From the human T2T-CHM13v2.0 reference genome, Homo sapiens: DNA of 64,000 bases. The DNA is taken from the NCBI RefSeq assembly GCF_009914755.1, contig NC_060929.1; one strand, given 5' to 3'. The translations under genes were made by a program, and so were the position numbers. This document shows positions 38,801 through 54,172 of this stretch, piece after piece (within the stretch, counting starts at the first letter, position 1; each line of letters opens with the position of its first letter). Under the pieces are notes generated by a model that had not been told where the DNA came from, did no database searches, and worked only from the letters and a program-made list of their open reading frames with translations.

Positions 38801-41800
38801 TGCTCTAATGTTTCAGAGTGCATGTGAATAAGTTATTTCCTTTAATCAGCATAATGATTCAAAATATTTGTAACATTTTCACTCTTCAGATGATGAACTG
38901 AGACCGAAAATGAATTGCTGGCTTTTTCACCTGTCTAGTGAAGGGTGCTGCTGGGCCTCAAATTTGAATAGACTGATTCCTAATTCAGTTCCTTCTCTAA
39001 AACATTGTGCTATCTTTCAATGGAGGCAGAGATTTATACTTGATTTCATCAACTAATATATATATGCACCTGAACTTTTGTTGTTATTTATATTCTAGCT
39101 ATGTTCTAAGGAACATAGATTTTGTTAAACAGAACACACTTTGTTTCGCTGAGGGCCTTGATGGACACTTAGCGGTAGGAGCTAAGGGGAACTGGGCTAA
39201 TTTGTCTGATAGAGGGAGAAGGTCATGGAGCTCCCAGGGAAAATAAGGAAGGAAGAGAGGACAGGACAGAGAGCCTAGAGGTAGAGGACCTTGGGAAGCC
39301 TGGAACTATGTAACATGACCCACCCACATACTCTCACTCTGCATCCCAAGGTATTACTTGTACAAAGTATTACTCAAGAAATGCTTAAAGTGTGAATTGT
39401 TTTGTATAAAATGACAAAGGGCTGAGTATTACACCTGGGTTGAGAGAGGCTGATACAGAGCCAGTACATATGGACCCAGGAGCCAGAGGCAGGAGGGATT
39501 ATGAGTGCAAGTTTCCTGACAATTAGAAAGAATCAAGGGCAGGGATGTTCACAGGTGTAGAATTGGTGGATTCACCCAGACATCTGAGACTGTGGAAGCA
39601 CTAGCTCACATCTGGGTCACAGGCAACTCAAATGAAGGTTGAAATACTGCAATGCTGCTGGGCTCTACAATATTTTCCAGGAATTGTAGTCAGGAGAACT
39701 GATTTATGTCAAAGAAAACCAAGCTTGAAATATTTGAAGTGACTGATGATTTACTTCCTAATCTGATGAAGACCATAGAGGAATTCTCTGGATAGAGTTA
39801 AATTGATGAGTGAGGGACATGATGTAGACCCAGAAATAAACACCTGGAAGGAATATGCAGCCAGCGGCCCCAGAACTGTTGCTTCCATAAGCATGGAGAG
39901 GCTTATGGGTGGTCATTCTCTGTAATAAACATTGGATGGTTCCGTAACTCCAGATTCCATGAAAATGACAAAATGACAGAAAAGGACTGAATCCATATAT
40001 GGAAAGAGGACCAAATCTTAAGCATAATTATTATCTAGTTATGATTGCTATACACTGGGATTCTCATATAAACATCCAGTGTGTTCACAATAGGAACCTG
40101 GTGAAACCTGGCTTGGATTCCTTTGGCCACATCACTCTGTTCATGTTTCAAATGAGTCTGCTCTGGTTTGTTGCTTTCTTGGATTCAAAGCCTTCTTACT
40201 GTTAGGAAAATGTTCCTTATCTTTGCCTGTGCCGTAATCTTTATGTGAGAAACAGGAGATGGTGTCCCCGGATGCATGCACAGCCCTGCCGCTGAGAATC
40301 TCACTGAGACTTGTGCCTGAGTGCTTCCCCCAGGGGTTCTCTGTGACATTGCCCTGCAGCCGCAGGCAGGGTGCTCATCTGCTAGGCCACGGGGTCCTTC
40401 AAGGATCCCAAAGTTCCAAACCGTCCTGAGAGGAGAATAAAAGAAAGACCATTACTGATGCCAGATTTTTGTGTTGGCTTCTTCTACTCTGATACTTCCA
40501 CAGGAAGTCTCTCAATTCCTCCTCACAGTCCTAATTATCTTGTCCAACCTTTTGCCCTAAGGCAGGCTTGGGGCTGACATATCCCAGACACAATTAGTCG
40601 GTGGTTGACTCTCATTCAAATAATAATAATAAATCAGAATGACATTGGGTTCTTTGAGGATGAACTTGATAGGCATGAAATCTCAAACAAAATCCTGCGG
40701 GTATGAATCCCGGTTCCTCTCCCCGACCCCTGGGCTGAGATTGCCTGTCCCAGCCAGCACAGAAGGAGGGGACACTCTATCTGGCTTCCACTCTTCCCTC
40801 AGTGGCCCTGGGTTTCCACTGCAACCAGTTTAGAATCCAATATTTTACAAGAAGATGCCACAGAAGGAGCACAGCTACTGCTTAGACAGGCAACTCTCAG
40901 GTTTCCAGAATTTAAATGGGTTCAGAAATTATCCTACAAGTCACAGTTAAAGGGTGTTCAGGGACAAGTATAAGGCCCACCAAATAGTTCCTTCATTAAG
41001 GGACATTTACAGAATGCAATCGGAGTCCCAAAATTCAAAGAAAAACCCCACAACCTTAAGCTAACCATCTTTAGCTTAATTCTCTATATGAAAACATGAA
41101 TTTGAAATTTGCATGGCATGGCATTCTACCCAAGCCAATCGTTTTGGCAAATATAAAAATTTCCTGGTAAATATTAATAGGCTCCAATCATCGGAAGTGA
41201 GGAAGTGTTGGGGGAGTCAGTATATTCCTTCCTTCACAACCTGGCTACCAGGAGTCATATTACAATGAAAAGAGGTTTTAGAAAATATTCTGACAATACC
41301 TAGACATTTATTCACAAAAAGTCTCAAAAACAGTCTTAAACATGGCATGTAGCTAGGAAAGTCCCAGTCTTTATCCTTGGGCCCTCTTTTACCTTTGAGT
41401 CGTCTGTTCAGCATTCCCCATAAAAGGCTTAGTTGAATTTAGGGCAAGCATATTCTGATAGCAGGTGTGTCCAGTTTTGTACAGGGTCAGGTACAGGGTG
41501 CTGTGTGAAGTGGAGGACGTAGAAGCAACTTGGGGGTCTAGACTGCAAGCTTGCACCATTTGTATTCAGAAAGCTGGGCTTGCCAATGCTTATGCTTCAT
41601 TCAGGTAAGGGCAGAGTTTCTGGTATAACACCCCTAACCAACCATCTGGTTTGATTACTACTCACCTCACCAATTAGAAACTATTTTAAATATCCATTAT
41701 GTTAGTAAGCCTCCTGGCATGGGTTTAGTTAATTATATTTAAATGCTAAGTGGACCATCTTAGAAGATGTTGACTCTGGCTAGGGTGCTTCATTTGAGTT

Positions 41801-42446
41801 AACCAACTCCAGCAGTAGTTAACTGCTGGATCCCCCAAACAGGGTATTTTAAATTCTAGCCTCCCCTCTTGGAGGATAGATTAGAGTTAACTTGTATATA
41901 CAACTACATCACAATGTCTCAACTGAAAAATTTTATTTATTTATTTTTCTATTAAACCAACCAATCAGCAGCAAACGGAAGAATTTTAAAATGAAATACC
42001 ACACAGACAATATAGCACTTGAGACAGTGAAGACTGCACAAAGCAAGATAGAGTCAGAAGCAAGATAACAGCCTTAATGAGCTGACTTCCTGCTTTGTCT
42101 TCAGGAGCGTGAATCTTACTTGCCTCAGTAGATGCTGAGTTCCATGTAATGGCAGGCTCTCTTTGCTGAGATGGATTTATTGTACAAGAAATAAAGCTTC
42201 ATTGAGCTCTTTCTAAAACTTTCTATTTTAGAGCCTAGAATTTCACTGGCCCAAGTGTACCTAGAATAAATCAGATAACTGTATTCGGAGCTTTCAGAAC
42301 CTTCAAAAGAAAATTTGTGGCAAGAGCCACAGAAGTGAGTCTGCTCCTCTATCTAAGTCTGTATCTCCACTCTCCTCTGTTGTGCTGAAAGGTAATAAAA
42401 CTCTAGTAGTGAAACATCTAAGGGTGAAGAAGCATATTTCAAATGT

Positions 42447-42730
42447 GTTATCAACGCAGGAGCAGAAAGCCAAATACTGCATGTTCTCACTTACAAGTGG
42501 GAGCTAAATATTGGGTATTCATAGACTAAAGATGGCAACAATAGAAAATGGAGGCTACTAGAATGAGGAGGGAGGGGGGCAAGAGTTGAAAAACTATTGG
42601 GCATTATGCTTAGTACCTGGGTGATGGGATCAGTCATACCCCAAACTTCAGCATCATGCAATATACCCAGCTAACAAACCTGCACGTGTACCCCTTGGAT
42701 CTAAAATAAAAGTTGAAATTATATTAAAAA
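42447..42730 (+). mobile_element. L1PB/L1MA 3' fragment
   Basis: CAGAAAGCCAAATACTGCATGTTCTCACTTACAAGTGGGAGCTAAA...AACAAACCTGCACGTGTACCCC...CTAAAATAAAAG. Confidence 0.85.
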
Positions 42731-43444
42731 GGCATATTATCAAAATTCTATTCATCAATGGAAAAATGGCAGACAACAACTGGTGAATCCCTGCTGAAAG
42801 ATAAGCCTTTACTAGTATTTTAGGCATTCTCACTAACTTGCAAAGTTATAGTACTTGTGCCCTCAGATCCTTTATGGAACAATGTGGAATGGAAATTAAA
42901 CATGCATACATGCACACACATGCACACGCAAAGCTGTAACTCTGATTGATACTTTATTTTAATACAAGGTTTAAAATGAAAACCAGATCATTGAAATCTT
43001 AAATTAATTTCACATTAAACCTTGATAGTTTTGAAATGGTGTCACCCAGCAAATACCAAATAACCTGAACTTTGAGATTAAACCTCTTCTATGGAACACT
43101 ATTCAATAAGTCTTTCCCATTATAAGCCTTTTGTGAAACAAAGTGGTGTAGAAATATATGTAATAATAGCAACACAATAACATAATAATAATAGTAAATA
43201 AACCAATGCCTCAATCTTGTGAAATATCTCAGTACTTAGTTTTGCTAGGCTTTCTTTCAGCAGCTTTGATTTCCCAGATGTATGGCCTCTGAAAAATAGC
43301 AAAAATAAATCAATTACAATAGGAAAGGTAGCAAAGGCAAGGATGGTGATTGTGTTTATGTTTCACTGAGCGAAGACATTAGCGGTCTCTGGTATTTACT
43401 TACTTGATTTTACTTACTTATAATCATTTTTCAAGGATTGGACC

Positions 43445-43596
<152 letters not shown>

Positions 43597-43989
43597 TAAA
43601 GAAACAAAACCCCTATGGTCTGTGAGGCAGCATGTGCACAGATTATTGACAGGGCGAACATAGGTCTGTCTGTGGTTGACTCTATTTCCTGAATGATACG
43701 GTGGAAGGGTACCAGAAAACCCCTCTGTCCTCAGAATACATCCCTCACTACCCTGTCATGGTTGAGTGAGCTTCTGCCATTAAAGATTTTATTTGTTGGA
43801 CTTAAGATAGTAATTTTCTAACCCCTTTAAGCCACAACATTCTTTCTTTCAGTGATCTAACAAATAAAATAGATAAAAGCAGAGATGCTGTAGCTGAAAT
43901 AGGCGACCCATTGGTCCAGCTGGCCACTCCCTCTGAGGCACAAGGGCAAACTACCAGGGCTCATCAAAGCACATTTTAAAAACCACAGT

Positions 43990-44139
43990 GGCCGGGAGCA
44001 GTGGCTCACACCTGTAATCCCCGCACTTTGGGAGGCCCAGGCAGGCGGATCACTTGAGGCCAGGAATTGACCAGCATGGCCAACATGGTGAAACCCTATC
44101 TCTACTAAAAACAAACAAACAAACAAAAAACAAAACAAA
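43990..44139 (+). mobile_element. Alu left monomer only, with (CAAA)n tail
   Basis: GGCCGGGAGCAGTGGCTCAC...TCTACTAAAA, then an A-rich microsatellite; no right arm. Confidence 0.85.
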
Positions 44140-44292
44140 AGCTCCACTGGGTTAAGACGGAGCTTCCCAGTCAATGTGCACACCAGGGTTAGAGATGTTG
44201 GGAGATATGGATCCTTTCAGCCTTCTGCGGTGTGGCTTGGGGGTCCAAGTGGGGTGGTGGCTGGGGCTAGGCCTCATTGTCTCTCACTTTGA

Positions 44293-44632
<340 letters not shown>

Positions 44633-45423
44633 TGAGAAAAGGTTAGGGATCCCCCAGATTAGGGCATTGTCCTCTGATAGAGGCTATCGCCCTCAATTAT
44701 GACTAGTTATTAAACACCTCAGGAATTTTTCTAACAAACTTTTTTTTCTGCCAATTTTCTATGAAAGGGAAATATATGTCAGGCAAATCTTGGTAGAGGA
44801 AATGGTGAAAATACAGGTCATCAACTGGCCCTCCCTGGGAAACCAGACTTGAGTGGGAGGAAGCCAGTGAAGAAATCTGGATGGCCTGGAGACAAAAGAC
44901 AGCACTCAGACAAGAGAAAGCAGACATTAGGAGGGCACGGAAGAGGAGGCCACGCCCTTGCCAACCCCCAGCCCCCAGAGCTCAGTCCGGTGCCCCAGGC
45001 AGCAGCTCAGCCTCTGTCAAGGTCATGCACACAAGCACAGATAGGGTTTCTGAAAGAGAGTTTTCACAATGTAAGTGCTCATTTGGGAGACCCAGACAAG
45101 TGGGTTCTTCACCTGGAAGAAGACAGGCTTGAGTTTCGAAAGCGTCGATGAGTAATTCCAAGTGGGACCCGTCAAAGAGGGAGACAGGCAGGCCCTGACA
45201 GTCCCGGACTGCAGAAACAAAGCGGCTTCCCACCTCCTCCCGTCCCGCGTCCTCTTCCTCTGTTTCTCAACTTCTTTTTCCCATCGTTCTGTGACTCACG
45301 AGTGTCAGCCGCTGGAGCACTCCCCATCTCCCAGCCCTCAGAGATCTCATTGTGAGCATTTTCTTCTCATCCCCATGCACTTAGGGTTGGGCACGCAGCC
45401 AGACACGATCCACTTTTCCAAAG

Positions 45424-45437
45424 GCGCCCCCTGAGGG
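45424..45437 (-). promoter_or_regulatory. Candidate CTCF motif
   Basis: Minus strand CCCTCAGGGGGCGC matches 12/14 of CCASYAGRKGGCRS; lies in CpG-retaining non-repeat DNA. Confidence 0.4.
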
Positions 45438-46254
45438 GCAGCTTCCTGGCAGGCACCTTCCACAGGCAAAAATGATTTGCCTCTGAAGACTGATGCGCCA
45501 GACGGACAAGCTGAGGTTTATGGTTTTCCACCAAGGGGTTTCACAAAGCCTTGCCAATTCCCCTTTTGCCATTGGCCAATTCCCTTTTACTGGCTCTCTC
45601 TGCCTGTCATCTGCTTTGTCAGCCAAATCCCTTTTCATTTTTCTCAGCTTCATCTTGGACCCAGGCCTGGTAAAGCCTGTCAGGAAGATCCCTGACACAC
45701 GAAGTTTTATGTCCCTTCCACCACCAACCTAGAGGCCTCGCCTGGGCTTCACCTCTGTGCTGTTTCAGAGAAGTGCGTTCCCATGTCTTAGAGAGGGCAA
45801 GCACGTTTAACAGAAACACTCGATGAATAATAGCACATATAATTATTTTCAAATGAGAATTTAAATCAAAAGATGTAAAGAAGTAATGGAAATAGAACCC
45901 TCAGGAGAGAATTGGAGGGGGAGAAAAACCAAGTGGAGATAAACTAAAATAGAAACTGTTCTTGTACAAAACTGAAAATCACCAGGGAGGGTCCAAAATT
46001 ACACCAAAAACAGCATAGTTGTTTTGGAATCAGGAATCCTGGATGCCTGGCTGAATTCAGGCACCATGCGAATTCTTCTTGGGATTATTTTGGACCTGTC
46101 TCAAACTTACTTGCCTTTTTCTCTCCATTACGGTGAGAAATCACTCCTCATCATTTCTCAGCAGGATCTCTGAGTGCTCGCTAAGTGTAGGGGGCCCCGT
46201 CACTTACACACAACTTGCCCTGGTGCCTATTTGGGTTTTGGCTTGTTTGTTTAA

Positions 46255-46490
46255 TCTAACATCTATTGAGGCCCACTAGGTGCCAAATACTTTACATGCA
46301 TTATCTCATTTAATTCTCATAACAGCTCTATGATGTAGGGATTGTTATTATCCCCATTTGAGGATGATAACAGATGAGGAAACTGGAGCTGAGAAGGTAG
46401 AAGCCATCTGCTCAAGGACACACAGCTGTTAGAAAGTAGGAGAAACGGAATTCAAACTCAGGCGTGTCTGGCCACAAAGACCATGCTCCG
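46255..46490 (-). mobile_element. MIR
   Basis: TTTACATGCATTATCTCATTTAATTCTCATAACAGC...ACAGATGAGGAAACTG. Confidence 0.8.
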
Positions 46491-46974
46491 AACCATTCCA
46501 TGGCCACCCTCTCTTCCTCTGTGAATGACTTTCATGTTTAAACTATTTTGCAGTTTGGGAATAGAAATACCTGCCACTCAGTTGGCCTCCAAATATACAA
46601 CTCTCAAGCCCACTCCCATCCAAGCCAGCAGGAAAACCAGCTCTTCTGTTAGGGGTGCCCCTTGAGGCAGGGACTTTTTAACTCTTACCAGCTGTCAGGT
46701 GCTCCTATGGATGCCAGAAGCAGCTGAAATCCAAGGGTCTGGAGAGATTCTCTCCTTGCATAGCTAAGAGGGCTTCCTGGAGGTGGTGTGGCTCAAGCTC
46801 TGCTTCTGGTCCTCAGTGATGCTCATAGTTCTTCAGAAGGAAAGGAGGATGCCCACCCAGCCTGGCCCTCTACCCACTTAGGTGCTACTTGCAGTCAGGA
46901 GGACTTCCCACAGACACAGGCCAGACTCCCAGTGACACCATCGTAGAGTCATTGACAGTCATGAAGACACACTG

Positions 46975-47275
46975 CCCGGATGGGGGAGTGGGGTGTGAGT
47001 GGGAGGGGTGGTTTCGGCATGAAATTGTTCCACCTCAGATCATCAGGCATTAGTTAGATTCTCATAAGGACTGTGCAACCTAGATTCCTCTAGCATGCGC
47101 AGTTCACAATGGGGTTCCTGCTTTTCTGAGAATCCAGTGCTGGCGCTGATCTGACAGGAGGTGGAGCTCAGGCAGTAATGCCCTCCCACCTGCCACTTAC
47201 CCCCTGCTGTGGGGTTGGGTTCCTAACAGGCCATGAACCGGGTACCAGTCCGTGGGCTGGGGCTGGGGACCCCTG
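46975..47275 (+). mobile_element. MER1-family hAT element, 5'-truncated
   Basis: TTCCACCTCAGATCATCAGGCATTAGTTAGATTCTCATAAGGA shared with the MER1B at 28984; ends GGGGACCCCTG. Confidence 0.85.
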
Positions 47276-48058
47276 CATTAGGGGACAGGCTCCTCTGCTG
47301 TTCTCTTTTTAGTCCTGTCACATTCTTCCTTCACGGTGATTTTCAGGGGCTTCCTTGCCTTTCTTGTGCTTGGGTATGGCTGTGGTCACCCACTCACCTT
47401 TAGTTCACCTCAGTGAATTTCAGTAACTTTGAATCTCGGGGAAGAGGTGTTGGGGCTTTAATCCTTTTAATCGCTTTCCTCACAGAAGGTCCCCAGGAAG
47501 TCCTCAGGTAAATGTGCCCCCACAGCCCTCAGAAAAGTTCAAGCAGTGCTTACAAACAAAATAATCAAGCCTCCCCTCATCCTGCTGGAGTCCTAACTCT
47601 CAGGGAAAGCCCAACTACTTCACTGTTCCTTGATCTCTGCCATTTAGTTGTTAGGTGAATTTTGCCCTCACAAGCACCTTGTACACTTGTAATGTGTGCG
47701 CCCCTCCTTGGCTTTTAGTGCTCAACAGAGCCCAATAACTGTGTCCACCAACTGGGGCCCTGGAGGAGTCTCTCTCTCTCCCTCTCCTTTTCTTTGTTTT
47801 TTAGCAATATTGGGAGCAATAATGAGTTTATTATTTTCAAGACTGTTTGGACTCCTCAAACGAGAGATATCAAAGGCAGGTTTCTATGGGGATTGGAAGT
47901 ACTTTATTGTCAACCACCCTACAGCCTATCTGCAGATTACAGACCTCTAATCTGTAATAGTATAATGTAATGGAGCCATATTTCCAGCTATTCTGTCTTT
48001 GTTTGCATCACCAAGGGATGCAGGGGTTGTAGAGTGGAGACTCATGGTGGGCCTGTGA

Positions 48059-48361
<303 letters not shown>

Positions 48362-48674
48362 GGGCGAGAGGCTTTGAAAGGAGCTGACTGTCTTCCCCTC
48401 GCTGCTCTTCTCTCCTCTGGCCCCAGTGGACCTCAGCAGGCCAGCTGACTCCCAGCCACCTGACCCAGTGTCACTCCCTGCCTGGACGCCTGGGGCACCA
48501 GGCTAGGGCAGGGGACTGTGCTATTTCCTTCTCCCCTGTGTATTCATCTTGCTCTTACACATCCGTCATGACCAATTTTGCATTTCCAAGGTTGGAATAT
48601 GAGGATATTCTTTCTCCTGTGAGTGTTACGCTTTGAACTCAATAAACTGCCATGAGGAGGCACAGATAAGAAGT

Positions 48675-48870
48675 TACCATTTCTTAAGTGACTTCTGTTG
48701 CCAGGCTCTTTACATACAATATCTTATTTAGTCCTCAGAAAAACATGGCAAAGGAGATTTAATTCCATTTCCCTATTTGAGAAATTAAGGATGCAAAAGA
48801 GGTGCCTAGTAAGTAACTTACCTAGCAAACGATGGAGCAGGAATTTGAATCTGCAGTCCATGGCCTTTAC
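48675..48870 (-). mobile_element. MIR
   Basis: TGCCAGGCTCTTTACATACAATATCTTATTTAGTCCTCA...GGAATTTGAATC. Confidence 0.6.
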
Positions 48871-49414
48871 ACCCCTTGACTCTCCCTTATGGGTCATGGC
48901 CTATGGCCTGGTAATGGCCTTCCCTCGGGGGAATGAGCTGAGGCAAAATTAAGAAGCATTTCGACTTGATTATACTTTTATCAACCGAAAACCATTAAAA
49001 AGGTAAACTTAAGCATTATGGAATATTGTCATGTCATTTCCATGGAAGATACTAATTTTAAAACAAAATTGAGCACTTAACTCAATGTAATTAACTAGCT
49101 CATTTTCTCTAAGTATGATTTTATCTTACACTTGAATAGAACCTGAATTTCTAACTCACTCTCAAATCTTTTGCTGGGCATCTCTTCCAGTTTGACTATA
49201 GCACTAGAATGTTCTGCAGCATCAGCAATCACCCTGTCGGCAGCTTCAGAGCTGTTTCCCTGTTGTGATGAAATGCCCAGACTACAGAACCAGGCTGTGG
49301 CTTCTCAGCCCAGCTCTGCCACCTATTGAGGGTGAATCACCTCCCAGGATTGTTGTGAAGAATTAAGTTACTAGATTCAAAGCATTTAGAACAGTGAGCC
49401 CTCAGTGAATTTTA

Positions 49415-49835
<421 letters not shown>

Positions 49836-50326
49836 TCACTTGAAGTAGCTGTGAAAGATCTGGTAGGATAGTTGAATAGTCCTGTCTTTGGGCAGAGGAC
49901 AGCATTAGTGTTGACAATAGTTGAGTATTACTTAGCATTGTACTGAGCTAGAACTCAAGGGAGAATGAGATTCTTTTGCTGCATCTCTTTTATAATAAAA
50001 GTTATCATCTTGTTATAATTAAAAAAAAAAAGCACCAAAACTACTGCATTTCTAGAGACAGGAGGCATTCCTAACTTTGGTAGCATGATTTCAGCTGTAG
50101 AAAGAAAACTGCATTTTACATAGGAAGAAATAAACAAAAATATTGGCAGCAGTTATTATGGGATAGTGATATTTTATTTTAGGTTTTTAGGGGTTCCTTG
50201 GGTACTTTTCCATAATTTTCAAAATCTTTAATGAATATACTTTACCTTTACAATTTAAAAGTTATAAAAAATAAATTTATTGAAATTGGATAAATTGACA
50301 TCCATCCAGTTACATCCAGCTTTTCT

Positions 50327-50502
50327 ATTATTTATTTATTTTCCTTATTTTTTTTTGAGACACAGTCTCACTCTATCACCCAGGTTGGAGTGCAGTGGTG
50401 GGATCATAGCTCACTGCAGCCTTGACCTCCTGGTCTCAAGTGATCCTCTCGTCTCAGCCTCCCAAAGTGCTGGGATTACAGGTGTGACCCGCTGCATGTG
50501 GG
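50327..50502 (-). mobile_element. FRAM-type Alu monomer
   Basis: Single right-monomer-like unit; TSD CAGCTTTTCT. Confidence 0.8.
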
Positions 50503-51254
50503 CAGCTTTTCTGTTCTGCCAACATTTCTTTTGATGACAGGATGGGTGTTTTTCCATCATTTTCTTTTGGCTACATTAATGTCCTTGCCAAATGTAATGC
50601 TTGTCTTACTAAACCTAATTTCAAGAGTAAAAAATCACCAAACTTTACTTATCTTCTGATACTGTGGCTTCAATCTGTTGGACAGACATTTGTGTCTTTG
50701 GTTGAGATATAGAAACAATTGAACAAATACCAGGGAAAGCAGAGTTTAAGGCAAGGTAAAACTGAAAAGAAAGAAAATAGTACTCAATCCTATCCCAGGC
50801 AAGCTGATGTCACTCGTTCGGATTGCAGCTATACAAGGTCACTCTATTTGACATCATTCTTGTTTGGTAACATTTTGCTCAAACTCCTAGTCCTTTCTAT
50901 AAAACACTAGATTTTTTATTCATCAGCCTGCAGAACTCTTTCAAGTACTTGCAAAACTAACCAAAATTTTAGATTGAATAATGGGTTCAAAAGACTTCCA
51001 AACCTTCAGGATCAAACGGGAAGCTAATGGAAGATTTTAAAGCAGTGGTCCCTTCCCATTGCATTTCATGTTTTTCCCCCTTTTACAAAGAATTTAGAGC
51101 GTTTCAGAAAATATACCTGGGAATTAATGAATGATTCAGGAGTGCTCTTCTAGAGGAGAAAGTTCATTCTTTGTTTATCCAAGTCATTATTTAATGATAA
51201 ACAGGCGAGGGGAGAGAACTTAGCATTAGTCCCGGTGCCAGCCAAGGGATAATT

Positions 51255-51495
51255 ACAGTTAGCATTTCTGTAGTGTAGACGCTGATCTACGCACTTTACA
51301 CATAATTAAATCATTTGATCCTTGCAACAGCCTTATGAGAGAGGGTTCTGTTACCTTCATGTTACGGGGGAGGAAATTAAGATCCAGGGAGGTTAAGAAA
51401 GTTGTTCAATGTCACGCAGTCATCAGGTGATGGAACTAGGGTTTGAATTGTAAGCAGGCTGCTCCACAGTCTGTGTTCTTATCTACCGCACTATT
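51255..51495 (-). mobile_element. MIR
   Basis: GCACTTTACACATAATTAAATCATTTGATCCTTGCAACAGCCTTATGAG. Confidence 0.7.
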
Positions 51496-51621
51496 TTGCC
51501 TCACATTGATCACTAGAACTAGAAGGATGGGGGTAGCATGGATTGGCGGATAGAGCCAGGGCCCTGCCACCCCCACGGCAGCATCACCACCACCACCCTC
51601 ACCAGCAGCAGCCTTAAATAC

Positions 51622-52105
51622 TGTTGTGGGTTTAATCACGGCCCTCCAAAAGATACGTCCATGCTGTAAACTCTGGGACCTATGGATGTGACCTTCCTTA
51701 TTTGGAAAAAGAATCTTTACAGATATAATTAAATTAAGGATCTTTTGATGAGGAGACCATCCTGGATTATACAGGTAGACCTGAAATCCAAGGAGAAGTA
51801 TCCTTCTAAGAGAAGGGCAGAGGGATATTTGAGGCAGAAAGAAGAGAAGAACACAGAGAAGAGGAAGTGGCAATGTGGCCCTGGAAGCAGAGATGGAAGT
51901 GATAAAGCCACAAGTAAAGAAATGGTGACAGCCACCAGGAGCTGGAGGAGGCAAAGAGCAGATTGCCCCTCAAAACCTCTCAGAGGCTGAATGGCCCTGC
52001 TGTGTTTCAGATTTCCAGGCTCCAGGACTGTGAGGGAAAACATTTGTTATTTTAAGCCAGCTAGTTTGTGGTAATTTACTACTTCAGCCTCAAGAAACTA
52101 ACACA
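51622..52105 (+). mobile_element. MLT1C/D-type MaLR solo LTR
   Basis: TGTTGTGGGTTTAATCACGGCCCTCCAAAAGATACGTCC...GTTTGTGGTAATTT...AAACTAACACA. Confidence 0.85.
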
Positions 52106-53929
52106 GATATTATATGTTGGTATAGTATTTTTTTGGTTTCTAAAATGCTTTGGCATGCATACATGGCTTCATTTGTACCCCCTAATGGTTTAGTTTGGGG
52201 ACCCAAATCCACCATGAAATGGCTGTGGGATTTTGTGCAAGTTGTCAACCTCTCTGGCCTCTATCTTTTCATCTGTAAAATGAGGCAGATAATGATGCTC
52301 GCACTGTGTCCCCCACCAAAGTACTGTGAAGATTAAATGGAAAGACACGCTCATGGACTTGCTATACTGACAAGTTGTATTTGATGCTGAGCTCTCTTTA
52401 CCTATCCTTGGGTGACAGCTCCCTCACTGCCTGGAAGAGGATATGGGCACCATAAACACACCTAGAGGGAGTGTGGGCATGCTTCTGCCACCTCCTTCAC
52501 CAGCATGGTGTGAGGCTGAGGGTGAGGGCTGGGTGTGGAGAGCCCAAGGCCACTGGGAGACAGGACAGGGAGGGAAGTTTAACAAGACTGTGCTTTGCCA
52601 TGGGTTCGGTCATCTCATGAGCTGAGGCTTGGGGTCCCAAGGCTGACTTCTCAAGAAACATTTGGTCTAAGAGCAGAAAGGCGGAAAGGTCTGTTCCCTA
52701 TTAGCCCTTGTCCTCTGCATGATCAGAAGCCAGGGACCACCCGTGAAGGTGTGAGTAGAAGTTCATTTTCCTGCTGACCTTTCAATCCAGAGCCTTTGGG
52801 TGATGATGGCTCTGAAAGGTGGTAATTAGTGCTAATCGAGGTGATGGTTTTGTGAAGCTGACACCTATCCATTAGGAAATGGACTGAGGCCAAGGGACCA
52901 GCCACCCCACCAGGGGACAAAAAGCTAAAAAATCAATGCGTGGCCAAACTCTGCACAATTAGTGTGCTCCTCCAACCATGCTTTAGTGCACAAAGGGAAC
53001 CCTTGCAAGGATAGAAAATGGGAGCTCCAAGGTTGAATGCCACCCTAAGCCTAGGAATAGAGACATAAACAATGACAAGGAAGAAGAGACACAGTGGGAG
53101 AGAGAAGAGGAATGGCGGGAGGGCAACTCGGTGTGCTTTTATGAGGGACAGAATACACTCGGGCAGCTGAGAATAGCACGCAGTAAGCCAAGGGCACTCA
53201 CTCATCTACATTCAGTATAAAGCGATTTCCTGATTTTTCATGAGTTATGCCGCTTGCATTCTATCAAATTTGTTTCCTGTTCCTTTACTCCAGTGAGTCT
53301 CTGCAGGTACCCAGAATTCTGCTAAAATTTGGCATCATCAAGGAACAAAACCTTCACTCATGTTATTGCGATAACTTTATAACTTCTCTTTTCCTTATGC
53401 CCCATCCAGACCATCCTCTACACTTAAGCACAAGTGAATTTTTAAAAACACAAATCTGAAAGTGTAACTCCCCTGCCTAAACCTTCCACTGGCTTGCTAT
53501 TGCTGTTGTACTTAAGATAAAACCTCAAGTCTGCCACATGGTCTGGCTGTTGCCGACCTCCCCAGGCACTCTGCGTGCCGCTCTCCCCACCACTCTCCGC
53601 CCTCCTTTCCACCCTCTGTTCTGGCTATGAGTCTTCAAGTAAGTCATTCATTCATGTACATATAGTATAAGTATGTATGTATGTAGACATATACGGAAGC
53701 AGATAACCAAGTTAGATATCCGTTTGACTAGAAAGCTCTTTCCCCTGTAATGTGTATGCCTAACTGCAATTTTTTGTTCTTCTGACACACACAGAAGCCT
53801 TCTCAGACTCTCTCCCTTTAATTATGTTCCCCTTATTAATTTTTCATAATTCTCATAACATTATTTTCACCTTAATAGCTCTTACTACAAATTATATGTG
53901 TGTGTATGATTCATGTGTATATATATATA

Positions 53930-54109
53930 TTCATATTAAAAGATCAATTAGTGTTAGCTTTTAAACTAATGTAAGAGTCTTTAGAAACAGGCAAACAGAT
54001 TAGAAACACTTTTCTTCCTTTTTTACTTCCTTCCTTTTCTTTTTTCCTTCTCTTTGCTTTGTTCTTTTCTCTTTTTTTTTTTAAATACAGGCATAAATAT
54101 AGAAGGGAG
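53930..54109 (+). repeat. Copy 1 of a ~175-bp direct duplication (inside L2/microsatellite)
   Basis: TAAAAGATCAATTA..GTTAGCTTTTAAA.T.ATGTAAGAGTCTTTAGAAA...AAATATAGAAGGGAG, shared with 55574-55742. Confidence 0.9.
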
Positions 54110-54113
54110 GATC

Positions 54114-54120
54114 ATATATA

Positions 54121-54171
<51 letters not shown>

Positions 54172-54172
54172 G
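54114..54172. repeat. (TG)n(TA)n microsatellite
   Basis: Directly visible. Confidence 0.9.

Noticed and set aside
39680-39930. Purine-rich, coding-like stretch after an acceptor-like TTTTCCAG
   Set aside because: Frames are broken by stops and I recognise no protein family; tBLASTx would be needed to reconsider.
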